Shown here piece after piece: positions 41,395-51,202 of a stretch of DNA of 64,000 bases. Numbering within the stretch: position 1 is the stretch's first letter; the number at the start of each line of letters is the position of its first letter. The stretch lies in NCBI GenBank assembly GCA_965248435.1, contig OZ252100.1, positions 4,256,001-4,320,000 on the forward strand, given 5' to 3'. A program made the translations under genes and the position numbers. The DNA comes from Candidatus Latescibacterota bacterium. GTDB taxonomy: Bacteria; Latescibacterota; UBA2968; GCA-2709665. The notes beneath the pieces were generated by a model. It saw only the letters and a program-made list of their open reading frames with translations, was not told where the DNA came from and made no database searches.

Positions 41395-41928
41395 ATGCCT
41401 GATCCACCAGACGTAGTAGCTCGGAAGGCACAGGAGATCCGTTTGGTCTGCACAGACGTCGATGGTGTGCTTACCGATGGCGGAATGTACTATTCTGAAA
41501 GCGGGGATGAACTCAAAAAATTTAACACAAGAGATGGAATGGCCATTGCACGGTTGCAGGCTGCGGGAATCGAGGTCGCTATCATCACTGGTGAGGACAC
41601 GGCGCTCGTTGCTCGCCGAGCCGCCAAGTTGAACGTGAAGTACCTGTTTCAGGGAGTTAAAGATAAGAAGCGGGTGCTAGCAGCGCTTGCGGATCGGTTG
41701 AAACTCAAGTTGTCCCAAGTTGCTTACATAGGTGATGACATAAACGATCTAGGCGCCCTTCGGGCTTCCGGATTAAGTGCCACAGTAAGTGATGCACTAG
41801 AATCAGTTAAGAGTGAAGTATGCTACGTTTGTCAAATGACTGGTGGAAGCGGGGCACTTCGAGAGTTCACAGAGCTGATTTTGCGAAGCCAAGACGAAAC
41901 TGGAAATGTTATTCACCAGATATCGTAA
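41395..41928 (+). CDS. HAD phosphatase, KdsC/YrbI (Kdo-8-P / KDN-9-P phosphatase) family
   Basis: DVDGVLTDGG.YY..SG.ELKKF..RDG, AIITG, YIGDDIND, GG.GALREF. Confidence 0.93.
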   Translation: MPDPPDVVARKAQEIRLVCTDVDGVLTDGGMYYSESGDELKKFNTRDGMAIARLQAAGIEVAIITGEDTALVARRAAKLNVKYLFQGVKDKKRVLAALADRLKLKLSQVAYIGDDINDLGALRASGLSATVSDALESVKSEVCYVCQMTGGSGALREFTELILRSQDETGNVIHQIS

Positions 41929-41962
41929 CGAACCCTTGTGATTGGTCAAGGAGCTTGGGTTT

Positions 41963-43051
41963 ATGAACATTCATATCGGGAACCACATCGTTGGTGGTGA
42001 CGCTAAATGTTTTCTGATTGCCGAGATCGGATTGAATCATAACGGGGATGTTCGTATCGCTCGAAAGCTGATCGAAGAAGCTGCCAGGGTTGGTGCCGAT
42101 GCAGTCAAGTTTCAGAAGCGGACAATAGAAGATGTGATCATTGGGGAGTATCTCGAAAGGCCCTATGCTGGCTATAACTCATATGGTGCGACGTATGGGG
42201 AACATAGGGCTGCGCTCGAACTTCAGGACGAAGTCTGGCCTGAGCTGCGTGATCTGAGCCTTAAGCTCGGATTGGAGTTTTTTGCCAGTCCGTGGGACGA
42301 GAAGAGTGCTGATTTTCTAGAGGAGTTGAACATTCCAGCCCTCAAGATCGCATCAGCTGACCTGACGAATCTTCCCCTTCTGAAACATGTAGCGGCCAAA
42401 GAGAAACCTGTGATCTTATCCACAGGCATGAGCACGATGAAGGAGATTGAAGAGGCCGTTTCCACCGTTCAAAAGATTAATCCGCAGTTGGCGTTGCTAC
42501 ATTGTGTCTCTACCTATCCCTTTGACGATCATCACGCGAATTTAAGTATGATACCTATTTTGAAGGACAGATTTCCACAAGCCGTGATTGGTTATTCCGG
42601 ACACGAAAAATCAGGACACATAATTTCTGTTATGGCAGCTGTGTTAGGTGCGAAAATCATAGAGCGGCATTTTACGCTAGATCGCACGCTGAAAGGCCCG
42701 GACCATGCCGCTTCCCTGGAACCACACGGGTTTGGTTTTATTCATGAGAACGTAAGGAAGGCTGAGGCTGCCATGGGTTCGGGAGAGAAGCGTATTCTAG
42801 ATAGTGAGAAACCGATTCGCGAGAAATTGGCGAAAAGCGTTGTTTCGAAATGCGATATCAAGGCAGGGACCGTCATCACAGCAGATATGCTCACTGTGAA
42901 GAGCCCTGGGATTGGGATAGTGCCGACACAGCTCCAGGATCTTTGCGGTCGGACCGCGATGGTCGATGTTGCAGTTGATACATTGCTCCCAACAGATGCG
43001 TTGACGTGGCCGCTGACGCGGGTTGAGGCGGCCCTTACTAGCTCGGATTGA
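41963..43051 (+). CDS. NeuB-family nonulosonate synthase with C-terminal SAF domain, phosphate-substrate-like subtype
   Basis: IAEIGLNHNG, VKFQKR, KIASAD.TN, LSTGMS, LHCVSTYP, GYSGHE, IERHFTLDR...GPDH.ASLEP; ATG 41963 with AAGGAG RBS. Confidence 0.95.
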   Translation: MNIHIGNHIVGGDAKCFLIAEIGLNHNGDVRIARKLIEEAARVGADAVKFQKRTIEDVIIGEYLERPYAGYNSYGATYGEHRAALELQDEVWPELRDLSLKLGLEFFASPWDEKSADFLEELNIPALKIASADLTNLPLLKHVAAKEKPVILSTGMSTMKEIEEAVSTVQKINPQLALLHCVSTYPFDDHHANLSMIPILKDRFPQAVIGYSGHEKSGHIISVMAAVLGAKIIERHFTLDRTLKGPDHAASLEPHGFGFIHENVRKAEAAMGSGEKRILDSEKPIREKLAKSVVSKCDIKAGTVITADMLTVKSPGIGIVPTQLQDLCGRTAMVDVAVDTLLPTDALTWPLTRVEAALTSSD

Positions 43052-43148
43052 TCAAGATTGGGTGAATTTTTCAGTGAGAGTAATTTTGTATTTCACGTGA
43101 GGCTGTACTGTTCTGTGACAAATAGACAAGCGAATTCTAGAATAGAAA

Positions 43149-44507
43149 ATGGCTAAAACGGCTTTGATCGTCATCGACAATTCTAAGAGAGAACTATTTG
43201 GTTGCTCTTTGTTGAAGCGGTGTTTGGCTTCAATGGGCATTCGATCGCTGCTTTGCAGCCGGTTTGCGTTTAATACCTATTATGCACATTATGCTCCTGA
43301 TGCGATTGTATGGCCAAACGCGTTTTCTGATCTTTCGAGTTTTCAGAAGTCCAGCCACATTTTTGTATTGCCCAGTGAATCAGGAAATGGACAGCCCGAT
43401 CAAGTGGTTGCAACCCACGCGGGAACCGACATTCATCCGGTGTATCCGGAGTGTGTCGACCGATTCTTCTGCTGGGGACATGCGATGCGGGAGCTTCTAC
43501 TCCAGACCGGGACGTGGCGTGAGGACCAGTTGATTGCGACTGGAAGTCCGGCCACGGACCACTGGCTATTGCCCAGATCCGAGTCCAGGCTCACACCCCC
43601 GAGGGCTGGCTTGACGACCACGTTTAGGGCCATCAATAACGGCAAAACGAACCATTTTAAATGGCTTGATCAAGTTGAGCGTGTGGGGGGGGACGGAACC
43701 TACTTCGCTCCTCCGCAACACGCGGAGTCGTGGCTTTTTTTCGAGGCCTCACTCGCGCGCGTGATGGCGGACTTGGTGCGTACTCTCGCCTTGGATCGTA
43801 GCGAAATCATGACGATTCGCCCCCATCCGTTTGAAGACGAGGTTCGATATAAACACTTCCAGGAGCTTACGGACGGACGTGTATTTGTGACGAAACAGGG
43901 CACAATCACGGAGTGGCTTGATAGAATTTCAATCCTGTTCACCTGCGTCTCTGCTTCTGCGCTGGATGCTGTTGTCCGCGGTGTGCCGGTCGTATCGCTA
44001 AAGGGTCTGCTCGATCCGGATGCGGTCAGGAAAATTCCCTCCGATTTCCATTATGAATACGAGGATCTGCTATGGCAGCTGGAAGATACAGAACAGGCTG
44101 TTGATTATTTTCGGCTAGCAGCCAAGGGGGAACTCAGGCCATGCCGTGACGAAAAACGAATATTTGAGTTTCTACACAGACACTTCCTGTTTCCCAGGAG
44201 AATTCCGGCAGCAATGAATATTGCGCTGGAGATCAAAAACGCGTTTGAGGGGGGTGCGGATCGAAAGGGAGGATATACCGTTCCACGCTCTAAGGTCCTG
44301 AAGCACATGGTTCGCCGGCACGTACCGATGTTTCCCCAATTGATCGCCCTCCGAAAATACTTGTCAAGCCTATTGCCGAAGCGCAAGAACATCGGTTTCT
44401 CATATCAGCCCTGGCGTGTTCGGGAGCAGAGAACCGCCATACAAACTGCTGACAAGCTATTATCTGTTTGGAATAGGGACGGAGAGATAGTCACGGAGCC
44501 CCGGTGA
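43149..44507 (+). CDS. Uncharacterized surface carbohydrate biosynthesis protein (GT-B-like)
   Basis: KRE motif near the N-terminus, FCWG, TGSP..D, IRPHPFE, SASALDA...GVPV. Confidence 0.6.
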   Translation: MAKTALIVIDNSKRELFGCSLLKRCLASMGIRSLLCSRFAFNTYYAHYAPDAIVWPNAFSDLSSFQKSSHIFVLPSESGNGQPDQVVATHAGTDIHPVYPECVDRFFCWGHAMRELLLQTGTWREDQLIATGSPATDHWLLPRSESRLTPPRAGLTTTFRAINNGKTNHFKWLDQVERVGGDGTYFAPPQHAESWLFFEASLARVMADLVRTLALDRSEIMTIRPHPFEDEVRYKHFQELTDGRVFVTKQGTITEWLDRISILFTCVSASALDAVVRGVPVVSLKGLLDPDAVRKIPSDFHYEYEDLLWQLEDTEQAVDYFRLAAKGELRPCRDEKRIFEFLHRHFLFPRRIPAAMNIALEIKNAFEGGADRKGGYTVPRSKVLKHMVRRHVPMFPQLIALRKYLSSLLPKRKNIGFSYQPWRVREQRTAIQTADKLLSVWNRDGEIVTEPR

Positions 44508-45712
44508 GAATCTGCACCTTGGCGTGTAGGGTGAAAAGGGGATTTATACTGAAAATGAGAGTCAAAGGTATTTCGTTCTGCTTGCTGGGATTTATAGTGA
44601 CTTACAGCGGGGGCTTCGTGATTCTGTTGCTGAGACTCGTGAATCTACACCCTGAAACTAGTGAAATCGTTCGGACGGCTGCTATCGGTTTGGCAGGGAT
44701 ACTGTATTTAGCAGGATGCTACATTGCTACCGAACTGGCAAGCAAGTCCATTCTCCGCAGGGTACATCCATCTTTGCTCAAGGAAAGTGCGCAACCCGCT
44801 TTGCAAATGATGCCACATGTTTTCACTCACTTCATTCCTTGTAATTCATATGCTGATGTGAAAGACCATTTTCGCCTCGCTGCACGGGCCGACCGATCTA
44901 AGGTGGGAAAAATCGTATACCTAGCGGGAGACTGTACTATTTTCGAGGAACATTTAGATGTTCACGAAAGTATGGCTTTTCAGCTGAACGACCAACTATG
45001 CGATTGGAGTATGTTAAACGCGGGAGCACCTCATTACAGCATATTGCACGCGTACAACCGGTTGGTGTTTGATGTGAGCAGAGGCTACAAACCTGATATG
45101 GTCCTGTTGTTCTCCGCCGCAAACGATGTGCTGGGTTTTATTCACCACAAAGATGGTTTTATTGATGATGCGCACACGCACATGTACAGGCCTTGGTTGC
45201 CCTACGGGGGTGTCTCTAATAGGTTTGGCCGAATTCCGTCGTCGAGTTTGAAGCTGCTGTTTGCATATTTCATCATCGATAGACGGGACTGTGCTTGGAA
45301 CAATCTTGCGGAATCTACCTCTGATGTGTTTTTCGAGGAAGATAGTGTTAGAACTGCCAGGGACCTTTTCAACACTTCTACATACTCGAGATGTTTGGGA
45401 TTGTTTTTGTCCACGTGCAGAGCAATCGATGCTGAATTCGTGCCAACTACATTTTACTACAACAATTTGGATATGCAAAACGAGCCGCGTAGGACGTATG
45501 CCTGGGGGATCGATCAGATCAACGATTTGGTCATAAATTTTTCTCAAGCCAATGGTATTAGATTTGTAGACTTCGCAAAGCGGCTGGATCTAGTTCCGGA
45601 GCGTGACATACACAATAAGTGGCACTACACGCCGGACGGAAATCGGAAGCGCGCTCTGCTTTTGAAAGACGAGCTAGCTTCATCTGTCGGACTCAAAATT
45701 GGGAGTTACTAA
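44504..45712 (+). CDS. Membrane-anchored SGNH/GDSL-like protein
   Basis: Two N-terminal TMs, GDCT (block I-like), NAG.P.Y, PD.V.L...AND, DIHNKWHYTPDGN. Confidence 0.6.
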   Translation: MRICTLACRVKRGFILKMRVKGISFCLLGFIVTYSGGFVILLLRLVNLHPETSEIVRTAAIGLAGILYLAGCYIATELASKSILRRVHPSLLKESAQPALQMMPHVFTHFIPCNSYADVKDHFRLAARADRSKVGKIVYLAGDCTIFEEHLDVHESMAFQLNDQLCDWSMLNAGAPHYSILHAYNRLVFDVSRGYKPDMVLLFSAANDVLGFIHHKDGFIDDAHTHMYRPWLPYGGVSNRFGRIPSSSLKLLFAYFIIDRRDCAWNNLAESTSDVFFEEDSVRTARDLFNTSTYSRCLGLFLSTCRAIDAEFVPTTFYYNNLDMQNEPRRTYAWGIDQINDLVINFSQANGIRFVDFAKRLDLVPERDIHNKWHYTPDGNRKRALLLKDELASSVGLKIGSY

Positions 45713-45776
45713 CTTGCTATTCAAGGTCCGTATTTCAAAGGCAACGGATTCCATGTCGGTAAGGGAGATCATGTAG

Positions 45777-46730
45777 GTGAGAGTTCTTGTCACAGGCGGA
45801 TGCGGCTTTATTGGTTCCCACGTGGTAGACAAGCTGCGGGACAAAGGAATCGATGTTCGGGTCTACGACTTGATCCACAACGCCGAGTTGATGCGAGACG
45901 ATGTAGAGTACATCGGTGGGAGCATCCTTGATTTTCACCGTCTTGTGGGCGCGATGTCAGGGGTATACGCGGTCTACCACCTTGCCGCGATAGCGGACGT
46001 GAAGGAGGTGCTCGAAAATCCTCACCGGTCTGAAGAGATCAACGTTCGTGGCACGATAAACGTCCTAGAAGCAGCGCGCTGCATGGCAGTACGACGGGTC
46101 ATCTACGGAAGCTCGACCTGGGTGTACAGTGAGGCAGATGGAGACGAGGTGGACGAAACTACGCCGTTACTATCCCCATCGCATCTTTATACTGCAACGA
46201 AGATGGTGGGGGAATACTACTGTAGAAGCTACACGGAGCAATACGAGGTGCCTACTACTGTACTTCGCTACGGGATTCCATATGGCCCCAGGGCACGAGA
46301 TGGAGCGGTTCTGCCGATATTCGTTGAGAAAGCGCTCTGTGGCGAGCCTTTGGCAATTTCGGGAGATGGATCGCAATATCGGAAGTTCGTCTACGTTGAA
46401 GACCTTGCCGATGGAAATGTCAAAGCACTTAAATCCACCGCACCGTATCGTGTCTACAACCTTGACGGGCTCGAAAAGAATAGCATCAGACAGATTGCAG
46501 AGACGATCAGGGAAATCTTGGGAAGTGTGGAAATTAAATATGTTGAGGCACGTCCTGGAGATTTTTCCGGCAAGGAGGTTTCGAGCGAACGTGCACAGCG
46601 TGAGCTCGGTTGGGAGGCGACTACACCTTTCAAGGAGGGAGTTCGGCGCTACATAGAGTGGTACAAGGTGCGCCGTGAGGGTCGAGAGTTGATGGACAGG
46701 CGAGAGAGGGACCTGATCCAGACTCTTTAG
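45777..46730 (+). CDS. NAD-dependent epimerase/dehydratase
   Basis: VTGGCGFIGSH, HLAA, SSTWVY, YTATK, GDGSQ.R.FVYVEDLA. Confidence 0.92.
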   Translation: MRVLVTGGCGFIGSHVVDKLRDKGIDVRVYDLIHNAELMRDDVEYIGGSILDFHRLVGAMSGVYAVYHLAAIADVKEVLENPHRSEEINVRGTINVLEAARCMAVRRVIYGSSTWVYSEADGDEVDETTPLLSPSHLYTATKMVGEYYCRSYTEQYEVPTTVLRYGIPYGPRARDGAVLPIFVEKALCGEPLAISGDGSQYRKFVYVEDLADGNVKALKSTAPYRVYNLDGLEKNSIRQIAETIREILGSVEIKYVEARPGDFSGKEVSSERAQRELGWEATTPFKEGVRRYIEWYKVRREGRELMDRRERDLIQTL

Positions 46731-46932
46731 CCCCACTGCCGTAGAAATCGATCCTCTCATACGCACCTCTGATTCCGAGGTCCGCTGTCGGGACCGCCTA
46801 ACCCTAATACGAGCGCGGGTGCGACGCCAGCACCCCACAGGGGAAGGGTTCACTGGCGAACACCACAAGTTGTACAACAACGATGGCATACTACAACATC
46901 TCGATGTCCCGAATTGCCCTTGTGAGAATTTC

Positions 46933-47967
46933 GTGCCCCAGACAATCACGATAGAAGGCCGAATGATCGGACAGGGGCAACAGACCTTCATCATCGCGGA
47001 ACTGGGATACAACTTCCGAACGCCAGAAGAGGCCCTGGCTTCGGTCGACGCGGCGGCCGACTGCGGCGTCGACGCGCTCAAAATTCAGACGTTCAAGGCG
47101 GAGACGATCACGACGCAGACCGTCGACTTTCCGGAGGAGGCCGGCGGCGTCAATCAGTTCGACGAGTTCAAGCAATACGAGATATCTGAGGTGGTGCACC
47201 GTCAGATTTTCGACCGATGCCGAGAGCGGAGCTTGATCCCGTTTTCCACGCCGAGCCATCCGGACGACGTCGACCTGCTAGAGCGGCTTGGGTCGCCGAT
47301 CTACAAGGTCGGGTCCGACGATTTGACCAACTTGCCGTTTTTGGACTACGTCGGTAGGCAAGGTAGGCCGGTCATCTTCTCGTCGGGAATGGCGACGCTC
47401 GGCGAAGTAGACAAGGCGATTCACGTGCTTCACGAGGCGGGAAACCGCGACCTGATTCTTCTCCAGTGCGTGTCGAACTACCCGATCAAGGACGTGTCCC
47501 AGCTGGACCTGAACGTGATCCGAACGTATCGCCGTGTGTTCCCGGTCCACGTGGGGCTTTCGGACCATACGCAGTCATTTGTTGCTGCGATTGCGGCTGT
47601 CGCACTCGGCGCGTGCGTGGTCGAGAAGCACTTCACGCTCGATAAAGCGCTGCCGGTCCCGGACGCATTTTTCTCAGCCGACCCGCAAGAGATGAAGCAT
47701 CTGGTAGACGCGCTTCGGGAGGTGGAGCAGATGCTCGGAGCGGGGTACAAGACGCCTAGCGCGTCCGAAAAGGGTATGCGAACCGAAACGCGAAAGAGCA
47801 TCATCGCGCTGAGAGACCTGCCTGAAGGGCATCAGATCGGAGACAGTGACGTGATCATCAAGCGTCCGGGGAATGGCATCGAGCCGGCGCTCCTTCAGGT
47901 CGTGATCGGCCGGACGACCCGCACGGCGATTCCGGCGGATACACCAATCGAATGGTCAATGGTTTGA
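46933..47967 (+). CDS. Second NeuB-family nonulosonate synthase (divergent) with SAF domain
   Basis: IIAELGYNF, KIQTF, KVGSDDLTN, SSGMAT, LQCVSNYP, GLSDHT, EKHFTLDK; start probably GTG 46933. Confidence 0.92.
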   Translation: MPQTITIEGRMIGQGQQTFIIAELGYNFRTPEEALASVDAAADCGVDALKIQTFKAETITTQTVDFPEEAGGVNQFDEFKQYEISEVVHRQIFDRCRERSLIPFSTPSHPDDVDLLERLGSPIYKVGSDDLTNLPFLDYVGRQGRPVIFSSGMATLGEVDKAIHVLHEAGNRDLILLQCVSNYPIKDVSQLDLNVIRTYRRVFPVHVGLSDHTQSFVAAIAAVALGACVVEKHFTLDKALPVPDAFFSADPQEMKHLVDALREVEQMLGAGYKTPSASEKGMRTETRKSIIALRDLPEGHQIGDSDVIIKRPGNGIEPALLQVVIGRTTRTAIPADTPIEWSMV

Positions 47968-48986
47968 CGGATCCGGTATGCCGGGTCGCGTTTGTCGCGG
48001 AGTCGGAACAGGCCATCGGCACGGGTCACGCGGTCGAGACGATAGCGTTGTTGCGGGCGTGCGTCGGCTTCGGGATCGAGCCGAGGGCGGTATTCACGGC
48101 CGGGACGCCGCAGCCCCTGCTTGACGGGATCAAGACGGATTTCGAGACGATCGATGAGCCGGACGAGAAGACGCTCCGAGACACGGCTGCCCGACTGGCC
48201 TGGGACGGGGTGTCAACGGTGGTGACGAACTTTCGACGGATCACCGAGGACCAGATTCAGGCCCTGCGAGACGGAGGGCTGAGGACGGTCTGTATCGACG
48301 AGTTGGGCGGGCGGACCATTCACCCGGACGTCATCGTGAATACGTCGATCGTTCGGACTTTTCAAGTGTATCCCGGTACGCGCGCCCGGGTGCTAGCCGG
48401 TCCCGCTTATTTGCCGCTTGACACACGCTTTAGTACGGCGCGAACGAAACGGAACTTTCCGCAGGGGGTGCGGGCAATCGCGGTTTCGATGGGCGGAACG
48501 GACCGGACGCAGGCTACGCGCCGGGTGGTCGCGTCCCTGCGGAACGTAAGCGAAATCCGTCTGCACATCGTCGTCGGGCCCGGGTTCACGTTCACGGAAG
48601 CGCTAGCCCAGGAGGTCGCCGGATGCGCGGGACAGGCGACCCTACACCGAACGCCCCCAAAGCTGCAGCAGATTCTCGGGTGCGTGGATGTGGGGATCAC
48701 TGCTGGGGGCAACACTCTCTACGAGCTCGCGTGCCTCGGGACGCCTGCCCTGGTGCTGTTCGAAGATGAGCACGAAAGACTGCAGGGCGAGGCGTTCGAG
48801 GCCGCCGGGTTTGGCAGGTGCCTCGGGCAGGGGGTTTCGTTCCAACCGGAGGCGCTGCTGTCGGCGATCGAGGCCATGGACGAAGCCGGGACCCTTTCCG
48901 GGCACAGCGAGGCAGGACGAAAGCTTGTGGACGGACGCGGTGTGGAGCGTGTTTTGAGTGTCGTGCGGGAGATCTCCAAATACTGA
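47952..48986 (+). CDS. PseG/SpsG-like nucleotide-sugar hydrolase (GT-B fold)
   Basis: IGTGH, IDE, G..Y..L, SMGGTD, VVGPGF, AGGNTLYELA.LG.P, VDG.G..RV. Confidence 0.82.
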   Translation: MVNGLTDPVCRVAFVAESEQAIGTGHAVETIALLRACVGFGIEPRAVFTAGTPQPLLDGIKTDFETIDEPDEKTLRDTAARLAWDGVSTVVTNFRRITEDQIQALRDGGLRTVCIDELGGRTIHPDVIVNTSIVRTFQVYPGTRARVLAGPAYLPLDTRFSTARTKRNFPQGVRAIAVSMGGTDRTQATRRVVASLRNVSEIRLHIVVGPGFTFTEALAQEVAGCAGQATLHRTPPKLQQILGCVDVGITAGGNTLYELACLGTPALVLFEDEHERLQGEAFEAAGFGRCLGQGVSFQPEALLSAIEAMDEAGTLSGHSEAGRKLVDGRGVERVLSVVREISKY

Positions 48987-48998
48987 CGGGAGCGAACC

Positions 48999-50075
48999 AT
49001 GCTAGATCACAAATCGATGCGTGACAACGATCAGTCCTACCTGAGTAGCCGGTGGGAGAACATCCGATTCGTCCTGCTCCGCGGGAAGGGACACCGGTTC
49101 CGGTTCCTGAAGAACCGTATCAAGTGGCATATTTATCCACGGTTCGGGTGGCTGCCGAAGTTTCCGGACCACCTGGATCTCGAGCTGTCCAGCGCGTGTA
49201 ACATGCGGTGCCCGATGTGCTTTACGATCACCGATGAATTCAGGCAGAACGTGAAGCTGACCAACATGAGTTTCGATTTGTTCCGGAAAATCGTGGACGA
49301 GGGGGTCCGACACAAGCTGTTCTCCATCCGGCTGAGCTGGCGGGGTGAACCCACGCTGAACCCCCATATGGTGGAGATGACGCAGTACGCGAAGGACCGG
49401 GGGATCAAAGAAGTGTCGACGCTGACGAACGCTCTGAAATTGTCGCCGGAGCGATTCGAAGCTCTGATGAACGCAGGGCTCGACTGGCTGACGATCTCCT
49501 TCGATGGCATGGGGGAAACCTACAACCGGATCCGCAAACCGGCGAAGTTCGAAGATGCGGTCGCCAAAATCCGAGAGTTTCATCGGATCAAACAGGCGGA
49601 AAAGTCCCAGAAACCTGTGATCAAGATTCAGGGCGTCTGGCCTGCGATCAAGGAAGACCCTCAGGAGTTCTACGATCTCTTTCGACCGATCGTCGACCAG
49701 GTCGCCATCAACCCGCTGCTCGACTACCTTCGGAATGACAAGGAAATTGAATACCGAGACGGGTTTACGTGCCCTGTGCTATGGCAAAGGCTGGCGATCG
49801 GCGCGGATGGTCTCGTTCCCCTCTGTACTCACGACGAGATGGCGCACCACATCGTTGGTGACGCGAACAAGGAATCTGTCTACGATATCTGGAATAGCGA
49901 CACTCTATCTCAGGCGCGGAGTGCACACATGGAACATCAGGGGGTCGAAAAATACACTGCATGCAAGGAGTGTTTCCTACCACGCTCCTCAGAACCGGAG
50001 CTCGTGGAACTGGAGGACGGCAGGCTTGTGTCGGTGGAAAACATGGTAGACCGGACGGACGTGATTGGAGCATGA
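48999..50075 (+). CDS. Radical SAM protein with SPASM/twitch domain
   Basis: CNMRCPMC, RGEPTL, TNA, ISFDG; C-x17-C-x45-CxxC. Confidence 0.93.
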   Translation: MLDHKSMRDNDQSYLSSRWENIRFVLLRGKGHRFRFLKNRIKWHIYPRFGWLPKFPDHLDLELSSACNMRCPMCFTITDEFRQNVKLTNMSFDLFRKIVDEGVRHKLFSIRLSWRGEPTLNPHMVEMTQYAKDRGIKEVSTLTNALKLSPERFEALMNAGLDWLTISFDGMGETYNRIRKPAKFEDAVAKIREFHRIKQAEKSQKPVIKIQGVWPAIKEDPQEFYDLFRPIVDQVAINPLLDYLRNDKEIEYRDGFTCPVLWQRLAIGADGLVPLCTHDEMAHHIVGDANKESVYDIWNSDTLSQARSAHMEHQGVEKYTACKECFLPRSSEPELVELEDGRLVSVENMVDRTDVIGA

Positions 50076-50187
50076 TCCATGAGCATCCAGGAAGACCTGT
50101 GGAAGATTTCGGATCGGCTTGGGAGGGCTTGTCCCCGTCTAGCAATGACGAAGCTTCGGCTATGATCGAAGCCGTTCGGGCCTGCTC

Positions 50188-51162
50188 GTGAAGGGACCGA
50201 GCTCGTTCAAGCTGCTGCAGCGATTCCTTCAGCTCTACTGGCTGAAGCCTTTTGACGCAGTGAACGATACGGCGAACGCTGTCGCACTTCGGAGTTGCAG
50301 ATGGGCGCCACCGATCCTGGAGATCGGATCAGGAGATGGTGTATTCTCCTTCATCATGCATGGAGGAGTGTTCGCGTTCGAAGATGATCGCTACACGCAA
50401 TCAGACCTGAATCGATCAGGTGACATTTTCGACGTCTATGAGCGGGATCTTAGGATGACTTGCGAGCAACAGGCGCAGCTCAGGGTGACGGCGACGATCG
50501 ACATGAAGCGTTCCCATCTCTACAAATGCGGCGAAACCGGGCTCTATGACGGGCGGGTCCAAGCCCCGCCCTTTCCCCTGCCCTTCAGGAGCAACTGCTT
50601 CCGTACGGTCTTTCTCTATTTTCCACACGGACTGGCCGAGCGGAATCATCGAGTGAATTACGAGAAAACGTTGGCCGACATACGACGGGTACTTCGGGAC
50701 GATGGACGGCTGGTGATGACGGCGTTCGACCGGGAGGTGAAGCACTTTTTCGTCTGCGATCCTCTGGCGCGCTTCTTTAAGTCCCTTGGGTTTGAAAGGA
50801 TGGCGCGCTACTTCCACCGTCTGGATTCCGGACGGTGCAAAGAAATCAGCGGACTGAGCAAGACGATGGATGAATGGAAGTGTCTAATGGTGAAGAGCGG
50901 CTTCAGGCTTCGGTCATCCTGGAACCACATCAGGCCGTTGGCATGGCGAGTCTATGACCTGCAGACGCGTCCGGTCCTCAGATTCCTCATTCGATGGAGT
51001 AAGTCTCTCGAGAAGCTGGGATGCAAAGGGATCGTCAAGAACATCTGGGTGCACACACTTGCGCCATTTCTCTGGCTGTTCTACCTCGTTGCCGCGCGAC
51101 CCAACGTGAACGCTCGGGGGGGTCTGCTTTACGTGTTTGAATGCGAGCCACTTGCGAGATGA
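50188..51162 (+). CDS. Class I SAM-dependent methyltransferase
   Basis: PILEIGSGDG.F, LPF..N.F.TV, L.DIRRVL..DG.L. Confidence 0.78.
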   Translation: MKGPSSFKLLQRFLQLYWLKPFDAVNDTANAVALRSCRWAPPILEIGSGDGVFSFIMHGGVFAFEDDRYTQSDLNRSGDIFDVYERDLRMTCEQQAQLRVTATIDMKRSHLYKCGETGLYDGRVQAPPFPLPFRSNCFRTVFLYFPHGLAERNHRVNYEKTLADIRRVLRDDGRLVMTAFDREVKHFFVCDPLARFFKSLGFERMARYFHRLDSGRCKEISGLSKTMDEWKCLMVKSGFRLRSSWNHIRPLAWRVYDLQTRPVLRFLIRWSKSLEKLGCKGIVKNIWVHTLAPFLWLFYLVAARPNVNARGGLLYVFECEPLAR

Positions 51163-51202
51163 GCAAGGATTACCACGACTAGGTAAGAAAAGAGTAGCCG
51201 AT

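Noticed and set aside
46170-47081. 303-aa minus-strand ORF
   Set aside because: Overlaps two well-supported plus-strand genes, has no motifs and is S/R-rich like a shadow frame.
20628-50075. RiPP cluster interpretation of the radical SAM/SPASM genes
   Set aside because: No precursor peptide, PqqD/RRE domain or peptidase is evident, and all neighbours are nucleotide-sugar enzymes.
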